Of a stretch of 64,000 bases of DNA, positions 1 through 13,518 are shown piece after piece. Source of the DNA: Eledone cirrhosa (lineage: Eukaryota). Positions within the stretch are counted from its first letter, which is position 1; each line of letters starts with the position of its first letter. The notes under the pieces are model-generated. The model was not told where the DNA came from. It did not search any database and saw only the letters and a list, made by a program, of their open reading frames with translations. The translations under genes and the position numbers were made by a program. Where the stretch lies: the NCBI GenBank assembly GCA_964016885.1, contig OZ024746.1, forward strand, positions 46,376,001-46,440,000, written 5' to 3'.

Positions 1-174
1 ATAATTTGAAAGACTGAATACTAAATTTATGAAATCATATCTTGCAGAGTATCAGATACTTTGAAAACACAAATTATCCTAGCCACCCAGTCAATATACC
101 TGAAAAATATAACCTCATTCATATTTCACAGTTGAAAGGTCAACATTAATAAGGACATCATCTTCCTCATCGTA

Positions 175-490
175 ATCAAGTGCTAGGTGTGTTCTAGACA
201 TTGGCGATCATGGCTCTCCAGTTCTTCTTCAGTGTTTCAGATGAGGTCACTGTTTCTCATCCTATCTTCGTTGGTGTATTTGCTCAGACTGTGTAAATGT
301 TGATCTTTGCCTTCCTTGTCTCCTCTTTCCAGCGATCTTGCCACAAAAAGTCAGCTCCTCCAAACTGTCTCTTCTGTTTATGTGGCCAAAGAATTCCAAT
401 TGCTTCTTTCTAGTAGTACGAACAAGAAATCTTTCCATGTCTATCAGACTTAGGACTTTATCATTTGTTTTCCTTTTTGTCCAAGATATT
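175..490 (-). mobile_element. RTE-clade LINE 3' fragment (C-terminus of ORF2)
   Basis: Translation ISWTKRKTNDKVL...KKQLEFFGHINRRDSLE...GKIAGKRRQGRQR is the typical RTE post-RT C-terminus. Confidence 0.8.
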
Positions 491-1499
491 TTGAATATTC
501 TAATAAGGACACCGAAATACAAATATTTATCAGAACAATTCCCCAAAATATCAAAGTCTGAAAATCTACCCAAACCAAATTCCCATGTAAAACAAGATGA
601 AAAGCCATTTTGAATTGTATAATAAGAAAGTTGAAATCTTTGGGCCTACCTTCAAATCCTTAAAAAGATATTTTCAATTGTGTTGAGGATTTACATAATA
701 AATACTACCAGTACACTCTGTAAAGTGGTTGATGATAGTAAGAGCATTCAGACATAGACACCCTGCCAAACAAAGGGTTGTGAGTAAAAGATTGCATAGA
801 GACATGAGTAAGTGAGTTGCAGGCCACCAACCATTTATGCAGGAAAACATATAAGCAAGATGCAAGCTGCCTGCTGACCTGTGGGGTCTGTACCTGTCCT
901 TAAGTGTCACACTGGTCAGCCTACAACCTGTCTACCTTTTGCAAGCAGGGGAAATAGTTATTAAATGATGATGAAATATCGAGTTTCGGAAGGCCTTTTC
1001 ACTTGTATTTTATTTTCATAAATCCCTTATTGCAATTTCAATAAATTTATCAATTTTCAGGATGTTAACCTTACACCTTTGTGGAAAATTAAAATAACCT
1101 TTAAAAGTTTTATAATAAACAATATTATACATAAATCATAAAAGCAATGACTAAGTGTTAAAAAGTAGAATTTGTTGTACATTTATTTGCCTTCAGCTCA
1201 GTTTTTTCAGAATTACTTTTCTACATTTTTATATGAATGCATTAAATTATATTGCAGTTCACTTTTCCTTAAACCGCTACATACAGACATAATCAGCACT
1301 CAACATGTATAACATCAATAATCAATAATCTTTGAAATATACCCTGTAAAGCACAAAATAACTTAATCTCATCATCAAGATTATGTCATTACAGTCATAA
1401 AGAATATCGACAGTCGATCGACTAGATCCTAGACCACTTAACGAGTGGGGTGGAGCTTGTCAAATCGGACAAAGGAAACAATGTTTCCATTGGTCTTTT

Positions 1500-1660
1500 C
1501 AATTGCTAATACTATCTATTGGTCACAAATCCAGGTAGAAGGAGCAACATGAAATAAAGTGTCTTGCTCAAGGACATAATGCATCGACCAGTTCAGGAAT
1601 CAAACTTACAACCTCATGATTGCGAATCCAATTTTCTAACCACTCAGCCACATGCCTTCA
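1500..1660 (-). mobile_element. tRNA-derived SINE (CORE-like)
   Basis: The minus strand has an A-box (TGGCTGAGTGG), a B-box-like GTTTGATTCC and GTCCTTGAGCAAGACACTT. Confidence 0.65.
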
Positions 1661-3395
1661 CTATCAAGAATATATACAGCTATAAAACTTTATCCTCCAT
1701 ACGCAGTAATAACATATAAAGGAAAAAAACATTTGCTTTGTCAAAAAATACTTGACTTTATTATTAGAGAAGATATTTCATGCAACCTGTTAACTAAATC
1801 AAAACCAAAAACTAAGTTCGCTCTAGATAATACTTTAGCTGTTTTCAGTTACTGATTGTTTCTTTAAAGCAACATTTGTTCATATATCTGGAAAGAGAAA
1901 GCTGTTTTACACACGCACACACACAAATAATATCATCCAAACTAGATTTTGTCAAATGGATATATGACTAATAGGCAAAGATTTCATTCATCAATACATC
2001 TATCAGCCTACTTTCTGTCTCTTCTACTAAAATAATTTCTACTTCTCTGAACCAGCAGCTCTATATGGTGTGTCCGAATTCAATAAATATAGTAATCCGT
2101 CCTCCACTAAGCCTCCAAACTGTGTCTCACCATTTCAAATCAATAGTATAGCTTTTCTTATTAGAAATTCATCCCTTTGTAACTTTCTCTTTGCTCCTGT
2201 TTTTCCACAAAAGCACATCAATCATATTGACATTAACTGTCATAAAGTGTTGTCCAGATATATAGATTGTATATAGAAACAGAGAAAATGGTACCTTTTT
2301 TAACTACAATAAATCATGGCATTACTACTTGTCATTTATTTATTTGTTTATTTACTCACTAAGAATATGAAGGAAAAAGTTTTCTTCTGAATCTGACATA
2401 AGTCACTTATACGAGTTAACTTCATAATTAAACTGGTAAAACTGTGAGAACTTTCATTCTGAGAAATTCCAAACTTTACCAATAATTCTCAGCAACAATT
2501 ATCAATGTTATAAACATACTTCTAATGCATTATATCATCCTATCATATCATCATTTTACTTTAATTACATCTATAATCAGTAAAGTGAAGCATTGAACGT
2601 ACATCTCCATACATCATACAAACAAATAATTTCTAAATTAAAATTAATCTGCTCTATGCTTTCAGTTCTCCTCAATCTATAACATTTAATTACTTCAATA
2701 CAATTTTGTAAGAATTCGTTCTTAGAAAAATCAAGGCTTATGTTAATTTTATTTGCCCTTAATTCAGCTCCTACTTTTTTCACTGACATTTTCTACTCTT
2801 AGGTAGTATTATAGACCATAAATATACAGTGACAGTGGAACGTAAGTGATATTTTCTCTAATTGTATTCATACCACTCCACTGTGCTAAGCATACCACTC
2901 CACTCTGCTATATATAATATGAAAAGGTAAAGATGAAGCTATTCAATAAGCAGATAATTCTATATAATACAAAATTAATTGGAAATTTTATTTTGATTGG
3001 TTACATGCATTGTACTGAGGACACTCTGGGTCAGCATCTTGTAGGATTTAATTAAAGATATAAGACTCGGTACATATATTTAAATCTGGTTTATCAATTT
3101 CTATTGTTGTACATATATTTAAATCTGGTTTACCAATCTCTATTGTTGAACTGACATAAAAAAACAGCATCAGTTGTTAAGCTGTGTTAACATAAATCCA
3201 GACAGATGGATGCCCTTCAAAATGCCAACCACATCAAAGGTATACATTGGCTGAATAACCTAATTTGCATACCAAGTGATTTTTCAGCTGGCTTTGCCGA
3301 AAATTAAAATCAAACTTTGTTTTTGCTTGAACATGGTGGATGCCTAAATGTATTCGTAAGTGAATAATAATTATATAATAATAACATTATTAATA

Positions 3396-6300
3396 CTAGC
3401 AGAAGTTTTCTGCTAGCATATATAGTGTGTATATTGATATACGCAAATATGTATGCACATAGATATAATACGTAAATTGACAATATGCACTTAAACTGAA
3501 CAAAGACTGTGTTACACGTACTTCTGTAATCCATGATACATTTTAAAAAAAGGCGATAATGGAGATGGAAAAGCGATGAAACTGTTGACGGAAAATGTTC
3601 ATGAATCTGCACTTGAGAATGTCGATGGGAAGCTTCAAGCAGTGAATTTGAAAATAGATGCTGCTGGTATGAATGAATGAATTACATTTACCAATATGAA
3701 GAGTTGACCTTCGCTATATTGTTGTTTTACTGTATTCACATATAGACTTCTTAAGTTTTTGTAGTGTCGCTTTTCTAGCAGTTAAAAAGTAACTGAAATG
3801 CATTTCAACTAATAGAGAGTGATAACTGTTTCAGATCACTGTAGAATTTCTTTGTAGACACAGTTGTCAGCAAACAGACCCCTTTCATTTAATATGTTTA
3901 TATTTTCTTTTTTTATAACTCGTGATAATGCAACATACATCTGACCATGCAAGAAGAATTGTGTTGGTAGATATACACCTATCTTTTCAAATGTCTGCCC
4001 TTGTGCCTTGTTGCATGCAAGGGCAAAGGCTGGTTTGACAGGAAATTGCTTGCAAGTAAAGGTGAAAGGGAACTCAAGCTCTTAAGATACATGTGGTATC
4101 CTTGGGATTAGCAACCTTATTTCAGCATTGGGATCCAATGCCACTTCAGCTTCAATTACATGATTATGTAAACTGATGATGATGTAGCATGTACCATTGC
4201 AATGCCCATTTAGAGGATCCAGATTTCTCAGAAGCATGATGCAACTGCCTTTCTTCAGTTTAAGTATGTGTGTTGGGAAGCCTGATGGGGTAAGTTTGTT
4301 GATGAACTCAATTGGATATTGCAGTTCGTTATCTACTGTATCAGAGCTTCTGTAGATTATTTCATGACCAGGGAACTTGTTGACCATGAACTCATTCACC
4401 AATCTTGCTGCATCATTTGTTGGAGTGATAATGGCTCTATATGCAAGCCATAGTGGGTTTGTGTAGTTTCCTGGAAGATTTGTATACACAAAATCACACT
4501 GGCTGGAATATGGTAATGTGTCTGGACTAAGTTCGTTTGGCAGAAGAATTGTGAATGCACCTACAGTTGGAACAGTTGGAATGTTACCATTTCCCACATC
4601 AAGAATGTAGTTTGCAAACTTTCTTTCATCAGAATCCTCTGCATTAATTAACTGTTGATTGGTAGTCATCTCCATGGTTTCCACATAGTCCCAGAAATAG
4701 GATTTCTTGATGGTTGCCTCAACTATTTGTGATCTAGCACCATGACGTACAACTGGAAGAATTTGCTTCCAGTCACCAGATAGTAATACTGTTAGACCAC
4801 CAAATGGCTTTTTACAATGTTGAACATCTTTGAAGCTCCTGTCAAGGCATTCAAAGATATGCTTATGTCTCATACCTACCTCATCAATGATTAGCAGGTC
4901 AGCTTGCTGCATAAGTTTACCTGTGTCATCCCACTTTGTGAAGAAGCAAGTTGATTCAGCAGTCACATTGAGAGGAATCTTGCACTTGGAATGAAGAGTT
5001 CTACCTTTGTGAAGCAAAGTGGCTGCTATTCCAGATATGGCAGTGGCAAGTGCAATTTTTTTTTAGATCGGAGGTAATCCTATAGGATGTTTATGACATA
5101 GGTCTTTCCTGTACCTGCACTTGCATTCAAGCAGAAAATTTTGCCTTCATTTTCATTTACAGAGGTGATTACTTTGTGAAAAATAACCAGTTGCTCAAGG
5201 TTCAATATTGGTAGAAGATCATTTATGTTTGCTTGCAGTTGGTGTGTATTGAAATCAGTTTCTGCCATAAGAACCCTGTTGAATTCTGGTATGGCAACAA
5301 TAGTTGGGTCTGGCCGAGGAAGTCCATAGTTGGCATGAATGTCCAAGCCATCATGTTGAAGGCTTTGGTGGATCTTCTGTAGAACAATCTGCACGGTTTG
5401 CATGGACATGACTTGCTCATGACGTTCATGCATGATATCCTCTGCAAGACAATTTTTCCATTTCTCCCAGAACTGCAGAGGGTCATTTAGCATGCTGTAC
5501 AATAAAATGGTGCAGAAGATCTCTCGCAGCTGAGGACCAAGCGTAATGGATGAGGCCTCTTCCATAGCTTTGTCTTTTTCTCTATCTTCATCTCTTGGAA
5601 TGTTGGAAATTCAACTCCTTCAATTGTCCTCAAATCTTTGTATGAAGTTGCCCTAGCCTGGTGATGTAGGTTCATCCTGAGGTAATATAATTCAGATTGA
5701 TGTCTACAGGGAGATACTGTTGGAATGCGTACAAGAGATTCACTCATAAATTGTTGATCACCATCCAGATGTCCCTTTTTTCTTCTTTGCCACTTTTTGT
5801 TTGTCCAAGTGAAATATTTAGGAATATCAATATACAATATGTTTTGTGCCAGTGGGTCTCTAATATTCAGTTGAAAATATTCCGTCAACTTAGTCATTGG
5901 CTGTCCCCTAGAAACAATACTTTCTTCCCGCCCTCATTCATACATGATCATTTGTTCCCCAGGTGAAGGCAACTTTTCAATTGGTGGTTTTCGATGATGT
6001 AATGGAAATTTATAGATTCTCCAGAATGCTTCACTGGCCGAGATGTACCGTGCATTGATATAGGTCTCAATCTCATTTTGGGCATGGACACAATTTCCTT
6101 GATCATCCTTAATAGTGAAAGTGATCTTGTCTGATCCTTTTGTGGTGTACTTATATAAGTACTTAACAGCCTTGACACTGGACAACCTCACAATTGATGT
6201 GGCACTGATATCTCAATGAGAGGAAAGGGTTGTATGGAACAATCCAATGATTATTAACAGTAAATTCTTGCCCTTTAAGTTGGATTGTATGGGTGTGACC

Positions 6301-6890
6301 ACCATGCTGTCTATCCCTTCTTCTATACTCCGGAAAGGACATTTTCGGCAACAAATTTGGTTTGTCTCGATGCCTTGGGATAATTTTTGAGCAATGGCAT
6401 TGTTGTCCTAGCCCTTCCATACATGAGCACATCATATTAGCTTGTCCACATGGGCCATGAATGTTGCAGGATGTGATGATCTTATGCAGAATTGGATTGG
6501 TCTCTTTATCAGAAATCTCACAGTACACTGCTTGATTAATGGCATCAGCAGTTTTGGGCTTGCTATCTTCAGCCATTATCAGCAGAATATGAGCATGAGT
6601 GAGGCCTCATTTTCTGTCACTCTATTGTAGCAGAATGAGCCACAACTTTTCCTAGGACATTTTTTTCAGTATGTCATACTTGATCTTGAAGACTCTTGCA
6701 CAAATATCAGGACTGTCTCTAGATTCTTCACCAGGGTGCAAACTATTTTTTATTTCCTCCCAGTTAGGGTTAGTTGTTACCGTGATGAAATAAGATGGCT
6801 TTCCCATATGTCGAACCTCAATCATCGAATTCTGAAAGCACTCACTGTAGAAGTGAGGGAACCATAAATTGAAGGAGGAAGAACAATTCT
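3396..6890 (-). mobile_element. Decayed Helitron (HUH Rep + PIF1-like helicase), frameshifted
   Basis: Rep motifs are GKPSYFITVTTNPNW, GLTHAHILL, NIHGPCG, WIVPYNP and KYLYKY. Helicase motifs are GTGKT, LLIIDEVGM, FGGLTVLLSGDWKQILPV, LLRNLD..GHCNGT and QFPVKPAFA..NKAQGQT..HGQMYVALSRV. A possible 3' CTAG|T end lies at 3396; this boundary is less certain. Confidence 0.93.
4082..5017 (-). pseudogene. Helitron PIF1-like helicase segment
   Basis: 311-aa ORF with SF1 helicase motifs, interrupted by frameshifts on both sides. Confidence 0.9.
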
Positions 6891-7604
6891 CCAGCCTGCA
6901 CTTGTTTCAGACGTTAGACTGTGCCCATGCTGGGGTACCCCGATTAATGGATTTTCTTGACCTCAATTCCAGTACATATATTTTAAAATCTAGTACTTAT
7001 TTTATTGATCTCTTCTATTCTCTTTGAAACGTGTGAGTGTGTGTCTATGTGTTCATATGTATGATGGTACCCTATCACTTGCGATGAGGATTCTTCCAGC
7101 TAGGTTTCTCAGTGGAAGTGCCTGAAATTAGGGTGAGAGTGTCTGAGCATTCCATAGACACGTATAACGGAGAGTTTCGGGGTGGGACTACATTGGTTCT
7201 TCAACTTACTGGCAGAGTACACTTTTTTTAATTTCAGTGGAGAGAAGAAAGGCGAAATAAAGTGTCTTTCTCAAGAACACAATGCACTGATGGGATTCGA
7301 ACTCTCAAAATTACAATCACGAGACACACACGGACATAAATGCACACACTTATGCACACATACACAGATACAGTAACACACACACACATATACATATATA
7401 TATACACACATAAACATTATGCAAACACACAGATACACACATATACACACACATAAACACACCACACATACATATATATATATATATATTAATAAAAGAA
7501 ATTCCAACTTTGTCTGATTTACTCGTTTTATTTACAATCCTTTAAAATTTATAATGGTATTAGAATGAAATAGTATGGTATAATATTAAATGTTAAGTGT
7601 TAAT

Positions 7605-7643
7605 TGAACAAGTACTTTCATACTTTCACAATCTTCAGGTTCA
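7605..7643 (-). ncRNA. Minimal type I hammerhead ribozyme
   Basis: Reverse-complement copy of the HHR at 7715-7753. Confidence 0.8.
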
Positions 7644-7714
7644 TAATGTGTGGTGACAGTCAAGTTTGCAATTTTCAACTTGAAAATTGCAAACTTGACT
7701 GTCACCACACATTA

Positions 7715-7753
7715 TGAACCTGAAGATTGTGAAAGCATGAAAGTACTTGTTCA
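7715..7753 (+). ncRNA. Minimal type I hammerhead ribozyme
   Basis: TGAAC CTGAAGA ttgtgaaagcat GAAA gtac TT GTTCA: perfect stem I, intact core, palindromic stem III. Confidence 0.85.
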
Positions 7754-8225
7754 ATTAACACTTAACATTTAATATTATACCATACTATTTCATTCTAATA
7801 CCATTATAAATTTTAAAGGATTGTAAATAAAACGAGTAAATCAGACAAAGTTGAAATTCCTTTTACCCAATCATACACACCCGTGTATATTTATCTATCT
7901 ATCTATATATATATATATATATGAAATATATATATATATATATACATGTGTGAGTGAGTCTATGTACTTATGCAATGGTAAAAAGAATATACACCTGTGG
8001 ATTGAATCATTGGTACTGTAGTAAATTATCCTTTCCTTATTTCCACATCTTCACATACATACACACAGCCACATATACAGATAACCACACTATCGTCTAT
8101 CTTTCTATCTACCTACCTATATATCTACGTATCGATCTATCGACCTATCTATCTACCTGCCAACCTACCTGTCTATCTACCTCTCTCTATCTCACACACA
8201 CACAAATATATCTATTCTAGAGAGT

Positions 8226-8818
8226 GTGTCCGTTAGATGTATAATTGCATTTCAAGAATTACGAAGAATTTCCAAGTTACTTCATCCGGGGAGGATTAAA
8301 AATAGCTTCACTAACCTCAGAAGACGACTTGTGAGCGGTATGTAAGTGTGTCTATATATATATTCGCGCATATGCACTACGGACCGCCCTTCACGCATGC
8401 GCAGTACGAACCGGCCTTCGCGCATGCACACTTTGTACCGGCCTTCGCGAATGTGCAGTACTGACCGGCCTTCGCACATGCGCAGTACTGACCAGACTTT
8501 GCGCATGCGCACTTCGGACCAGACTTCGTGCATGCGCAGTACAGACCAGCCTTTGCACATGCACACTTCGGACCAGTTTTGCGCATGCACACTTCGGACA
8601 AGACATGGCACATGCGTACTTCGGACCAGACTTCGCGCATGCGCACTTCAGTCCAGACTTCCCCTATATATATGTCTATGTATGAATACATATATTTGTG
8701 TGTGTGTGTCTGTTAGATGTATTATTGCATTTCATGAATTACGAAGAATTTGCAAGTTACTTCACCCAGGAGGATTGATAATAGTTTCATAACCTTCGGA
8801 AGATGATTTGTGTGTGGT
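8226..8818. repeat. ~110-bp direct repeats flanking a 27-bp GC-rich minisatellite
   Basis: Direct repeats lie at ~8226-8340 and ~8708-8818. About 11 units of CGCGCATGCGCAGTACGGACCGGCCTT-like sequence lie at ~8365-8660. Confidence 0.85.
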
Positions 8819-8895
8819 GTGGTATGTATGTGCATGGATATATATATATAAATATAGTGACGAAACATAAGTCATGAACTCATAATCCTTTATTT

Positions 8896-8951
8896 ACTGC
8901 TATATATATTTCGATGATAGCCATTGAATGGCTATGACCTCAGCAGGCAGT
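8896..8951 (-). ncRNA. Hammerhead ribozyme (core variant CTGCTGA) in a PLE pLTR remnant
   Basis: ACTGC CTGCTGA ggtcatagccattcaatggctatcatc GAAA tatata TA GCAGT. Related to the 41498 family. Confidence 0.7.
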
Positions 8952-9379
8952 TAGTCAGTTCTTAGATATGCCAGCTCTGTGTTTATAGTGTTGATGGTAT
9001 CAGAGCCTTGGGACATATGAATATTTTGATGCTGTCAGCAGGAATAGTCTTGATTCTCATTGGTCAGTTTGTAGATGGTAGTAGGTTGCTATTTGACCTC
9101 AAAGAGGCAGGTGGTGTTGTAAAGTTCAAACCGACAGGCAAGATGCAGACACACACATATATAAATATATATATGTGTGTGTCTGCATCAGACATAATTT
9201 ATATACTATTACATTTATATATAGCTAATCAATGGGCATACTACAGTGCTTAATATTAACTATAATAAAGAAAGGAGTGTGGGACTTCATCCAGAATAAA
9301 ATTTGTTATCCCATTTGTAAAATAAGTTTGATTACTTTGAATAAATAATGAATGAATATTACATAATTTATCTACTAAA

Positions 9380-9660
9380 TTTCGTAACTAAATTTCATAT
9401 TTATGAGGTGCTGGAACAACCAAGTGCCCTCATGAGCATCACCAGTTACCTCTGTTTGGCGAGCCACCAGTGAAGATAAGAACCTTGCTGTCAGTAGCTC
9501 GACTCCCCCAAACGTCTCAAATGCTCTCACCCTTACCGCTGCATCCAGGCCTCTTGACCAGGAGCACAGAGTAAGACTGTCCAGTCTTTTCCCATCAATT
9601 CTGGACAACCCAGACAGCTCCAAAATTGAGGGGATGTTTGCCCGGGTCAAAGCTCTTCAG
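9380..9660 (-). mobile_element. CRE-like non-LTR retrotransposon fragment (restriction-like endonuclease)
   Basis: ALTRANIPSILELSGLSRIDGKRLDSLTLCSWSRG resembles the EPxGLxRxDGKRPDGxTLxPW motif of RLE domains. Confidence 0.7.
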
Positions 9661-9899
9661 TGGTAATAGGACAGTGTGTGTGTGTGCACGCGCGAGTTTG
9701 TCAGTGTTCTTAAATTAGAGGTGTGTGTGTTACTGTTTTTAAGTTAGTGTGTATGTGTGTATTCCTTTCCTTCCTTTTACACACACATACATTCACACAA
9801 ACACATTGTGTGATGGACAGGTTGACAGAAATTCGACAAATGTCTACTAGCTGCATCTTGTAAAATAGGCTATAATCTATAAGGCAATAGACAAGGCAA

Positions 9900-10200
9900 C
9901 AAACTTTGACCACACCACCAGCTCAAATGATATTTTGGGCTTACATAGAGGATGGTCAAAGAGCCCTATAATAACTATAATTTGGCATCATTCGATTACT
10001 GGGAGCAAACAAAAGTTTCCAATTATGTCTGGACACTGAGCGAAATTTCTGTTGAATGCTGCATTAGCGAAGCCAGGAAATGCCGGTTCTGTAGTGTTGC
10101 AAGTTGGCAAATATTGAAGAACTCATTAGATCCTAATGCCTCTCTTAATGCTAGAAGTGAACTTGCTCACACTGCACTAAATGTGTCTTCCATTATGGCC
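9900..10200 (+). mobile_element. Highly degenerate Naiad-type GIY-YIG fragment
   Basis: TKVSNYVWTL...CRFC...LNARSEL aligns by eye with TTLSGHIWDL...CNLC...LNKKDEL at 53760-53945. Confidence 0.55.
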
Positions 10201-10796
10201 TACATATAACCAGATGCCCTTGACACACAAGATGCTGCCTACCTCACACCAACTAGTTAGTTGTCACAACACTGATATATGCTTTCAACCAGGAAAATTA
10301 ATTGGATATTGAGTGAAAACTTCTCTTTGCACACAAGTGCTATATCGAACAAAAAGCAAATATATTCCACATGATAAACATTTTCCTCTTAAGATTGCTT
10401 CCCCTAGATCACAAAAGACTTTAAAAAAAAGACATTTAATGTTATTCAGCACCAGAAGTAAACAACACACCAGAAGTATTTATATTTTTCTCATAAATGT
10501 TGAAGATTAATCGGATACCATCATGAAACTCTGATTACTAGCAAAAACAAATGCTTCATTGCCATGTATCATGTATTTTAAATGTAATATATATACATGA
10601 GCAAGACAGGGTCACCTGATCTGATTAGTTTCAGAATGGGACAACTCGTCTAACACGTGCTAGCATGGGAAGATGAATGTTAAACAATGATGATGATGAT
10701 GATGATGATTATATATATACACATGCAGATAAAGTTCATGAATATATATATACATGAATATATATATATATACATACATGCAGATAAAGTCCATGA

Positions 10797-10839
<43 letters not shown>

Positions 10840-12084
10840 TCATATATAGACAGAAATCAAATGAATGTATGAAAATCAATATGAAGAAATATTTTTATTT
10901 ACAGGGTTCTATCTATGTCATTTTAAAAACAAAATGCAGTGTCTTTATTACTTAGTCAATGAAAAGAGCAATTAGCATTTTGAGAAAGGGAAGTCAGTCC
11001 TCTCAAACTAGAGCCCTGGTTCAAATACGTGCAATAGAATGGACTCTGCTAAAGGTACCCAATACAACGAAGCCATGAAATTAATTTTGAATGAAGAGAG
11101 ATTTACAAAACACTGCAAGATATTGTATATAATTATCTTGCAATTCTGCCTATCCACCATCTTGGAATGGTATTTTGCTTACACACCCTTGAAGGATGAA
11201 GAGCATAATTGAACACAAGGGGGCAGGGTGGTTGAAATAAAATCTTCGAATTATTTTGTGTGACTTTTTAATGCTTCTGTCAATGTGCTTTAATGTAGAT
11301 TTAAAGAAAAATCAAACACTTCCCAGACATTCTGAACTAATCCAATTTTACTAACCAGATTACTATTATTAATCATTGACAGGGTTTTATCTAGAAAACA
11401 AATCAAAATATATACTTTAATACCCTTTCATAATAATCCTCCAACTGCGTTGTGCTTATTTGTTTTAGTTTGTTTATTTATCTTTTGTCTATTTGGTTGA
11501 TTTTCTAGTACTCTCATGTTTTGCACCAAATATCTCAAGTTTTGTCTACTTCTTTACTAAATTTAAATTTCTTTGCAAAAGAAATGACACCTGAATATCC
11601 AAATATAATTACTTATATAATAGTAGTAAATCAAATCATGGGTTATTGCTGAAATATTCAAGGAGTCTTTGTATTATATTTATTGGCTTATACTTCTAAA
11701 TATTCTATTTTTCTATATACGATCAACATATAACTTATTTCACTATTTCTGCTATATATTATCAGACAGGAATATACTGAAAACAGTAAAGAGTAAGTAC
11801 ATTAAGCTTGAATATTTCTACTTCTTTATTTTTTCAAATCCCAATGGATAGTATTTAATTTGTAGCATTAAAAGATATGCTTACTGATGAAGACCATTGC
11901 CTTAAATTTGCTAATTATGCAATTTATTTCAATTATGGAAATTGGTATTTTTTTTTTTCTTTTGGTCTGAAACCAGGATATAGGTAAGAATTTAATTGGA
12001 AATGAAAATGTCTGTCTTGCTTAATTTCTTTCTTGGTCATATGTATTATAAAATATAATTATTGTTGTTTTCATAATAATTGTT

Positions 12085-12260
12085 TCTACTTTTGGCACAA
12101 GGCCAGCAATTACCCAGTACATTACTGGTACTTTATCAACCCCATAAGGATGAAAGGCAAAGTTAACCTCGGCGGGATTTGAACTCAGATCGTAAAGGGA
12201 CATAATTCTTTGCATCAAAGCATGGCATCCGACCCTCTACTGATACTGCCAATACACCAC
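12085..12260 (-). mobile_element. tRNA-derived SINE with Nin/Deu-like domain
   Basis: B-box GAGTTCAAATCC is followed by CTTTGCCTTTCATCCTTATGGGGTTGATAAAGTACCAG. Similar copies lie at 19380-19520 and 29955-30150. Confidence 0.75.
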
Positions 12261-12342
12261 TCTGAATTATCATATTTTCGCATCTAATTTTCATTAAGTT
12301 TTTATGGTACAACTAAGTCAAGATGATTTTATTTCAATTTGT

Positions 12343-13518
12343 ATCATCATCATCATCGTTTAACGTCCATCTTCCACGCTTGCATGGGTTTGGACGGGAG
12401 TTTTCCCACTTGAGGCAAGATTGGTTGTCCTGCTCGTATAGGACTGTCTGGCAGGTTTTCTACGGCTGGATGCCCTTCCTAACACCAACCACGTTTACAG
12501 TGTGGACTGGGAGGTGTTTACCGTGTTACCTACACGGCCACATTACAGTGTGGATTGTGTGTTTTTTTGTGTCGTGACACCTACACTTCTGGCGGCTTTT
12601 CTACGGCTGGGTGCCCTTCCCAACACAACCACATTTACAGTGTGGACTGGGAGGTTTTTACCATGTTACCTACACGGCCACATTACAGCGTGGACTGTGT
12701 GTTTTTTTGTCGTGACACCTACACGACCTCATTTGTTTCGGACTGGATGTTGTGGTACCAACATAACTTCACATTTAAGGGGGTGGTGTGGATGGGGTGG
12801 GGGTAGTGGGACGGGGCTGTATTTTTGTTAGAGGTGCCTACTGACTGTAGGTTTCGCTTTGCACTTAGGCAAGGAGGGTCTTCTGTATAACTGTGTAGCG
12901 CCAAAGATCTCGGTCCAGTGACATTGTCTTGGAGAGGTGTAAGTGTGTGAGGTCGGAATTTATCAAGTCGTCCCAGGTTTTTCTGGGTCTGCCTACTCCG
13001 TGGCTACCGTCTATTTTTATTGCCCTGCACTTTTTTATACAGCTGTCATCATTCATGCGTATCACGTGACCGTACCAACGTAGTCTTCTCTCGAGTTAAC
13101 AACATCTGATCCCTCTTATTCCTAATTTCTCCCTTAGTTCGTTTATGCTTTGCCGTTCTTGTATATTACTATTACACATCCAGCGGAGCATGCAAGCTTC
13201 GTTTCTCTCCAGTCTGCGTATATCCTCTGCACACAATACCCAGGTCTCACTGCCATGTAACATTGCTGTTCGTATGCAGGCATCATGCAGCCTGCCTTTC
13301 ATTTTTAGAGAGAACCCTTTAGCGGCCAATAGTGGTATAAGCTCTCTGAACTTTTTCCATCCCATTCTGACTCTAGCTACTGTACTTTCAGTGCACCCTC
13401 CCCCACTGCTGATTTTGTCACCCAGGTAACGGAAGGTGTCCACTATTTCTATAGAACCATCTGTGCAATGGAATGAGCTAGTATTCAGTGGGCACTTGCT
13501 GCTACTTATTGCACCAGA
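12343..13518 (-). mobile_element. 5'-truncated RTE-clade LINE with 3' UTR and (GAT)n tail
   Basis: Translation includes VDTFRYLGD..ARVRMGWKKFRELIPLL..MLHGSETW..GRPRKTW. Highly similar to 36757-38047. Confidence 0.92.

Larger units (their letters stand above)
7497..7861. mobile_element. Fold-back (near-perfect palindrome) non-autonomous PLE derivative beside (TA)n
   Basis: Arms of ~180 bp are centred at ~7679 (TTTTCAA-C-TTGAAAA), and each arm carries an HHR. Confidence 0.85.

Noticed and set aside
4082-5565. Host PIF1 helicase gene
   Set aside because: It is intronless, frameshifted and directly downstream of HUH Rep motifs, so it is a Helitron.
8282-8792. Repetitive ORFs open on both strands
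   Set aside because: A consequence of the 27-bp (9-codon) minisatellite, with no evidence of coding.
11866-11944. Possible + strand exon (LKDMLTDEDHCLKFANYAIYFNYGN)
   Set aside because: It is short, has weak splice signals and has no partner exons.
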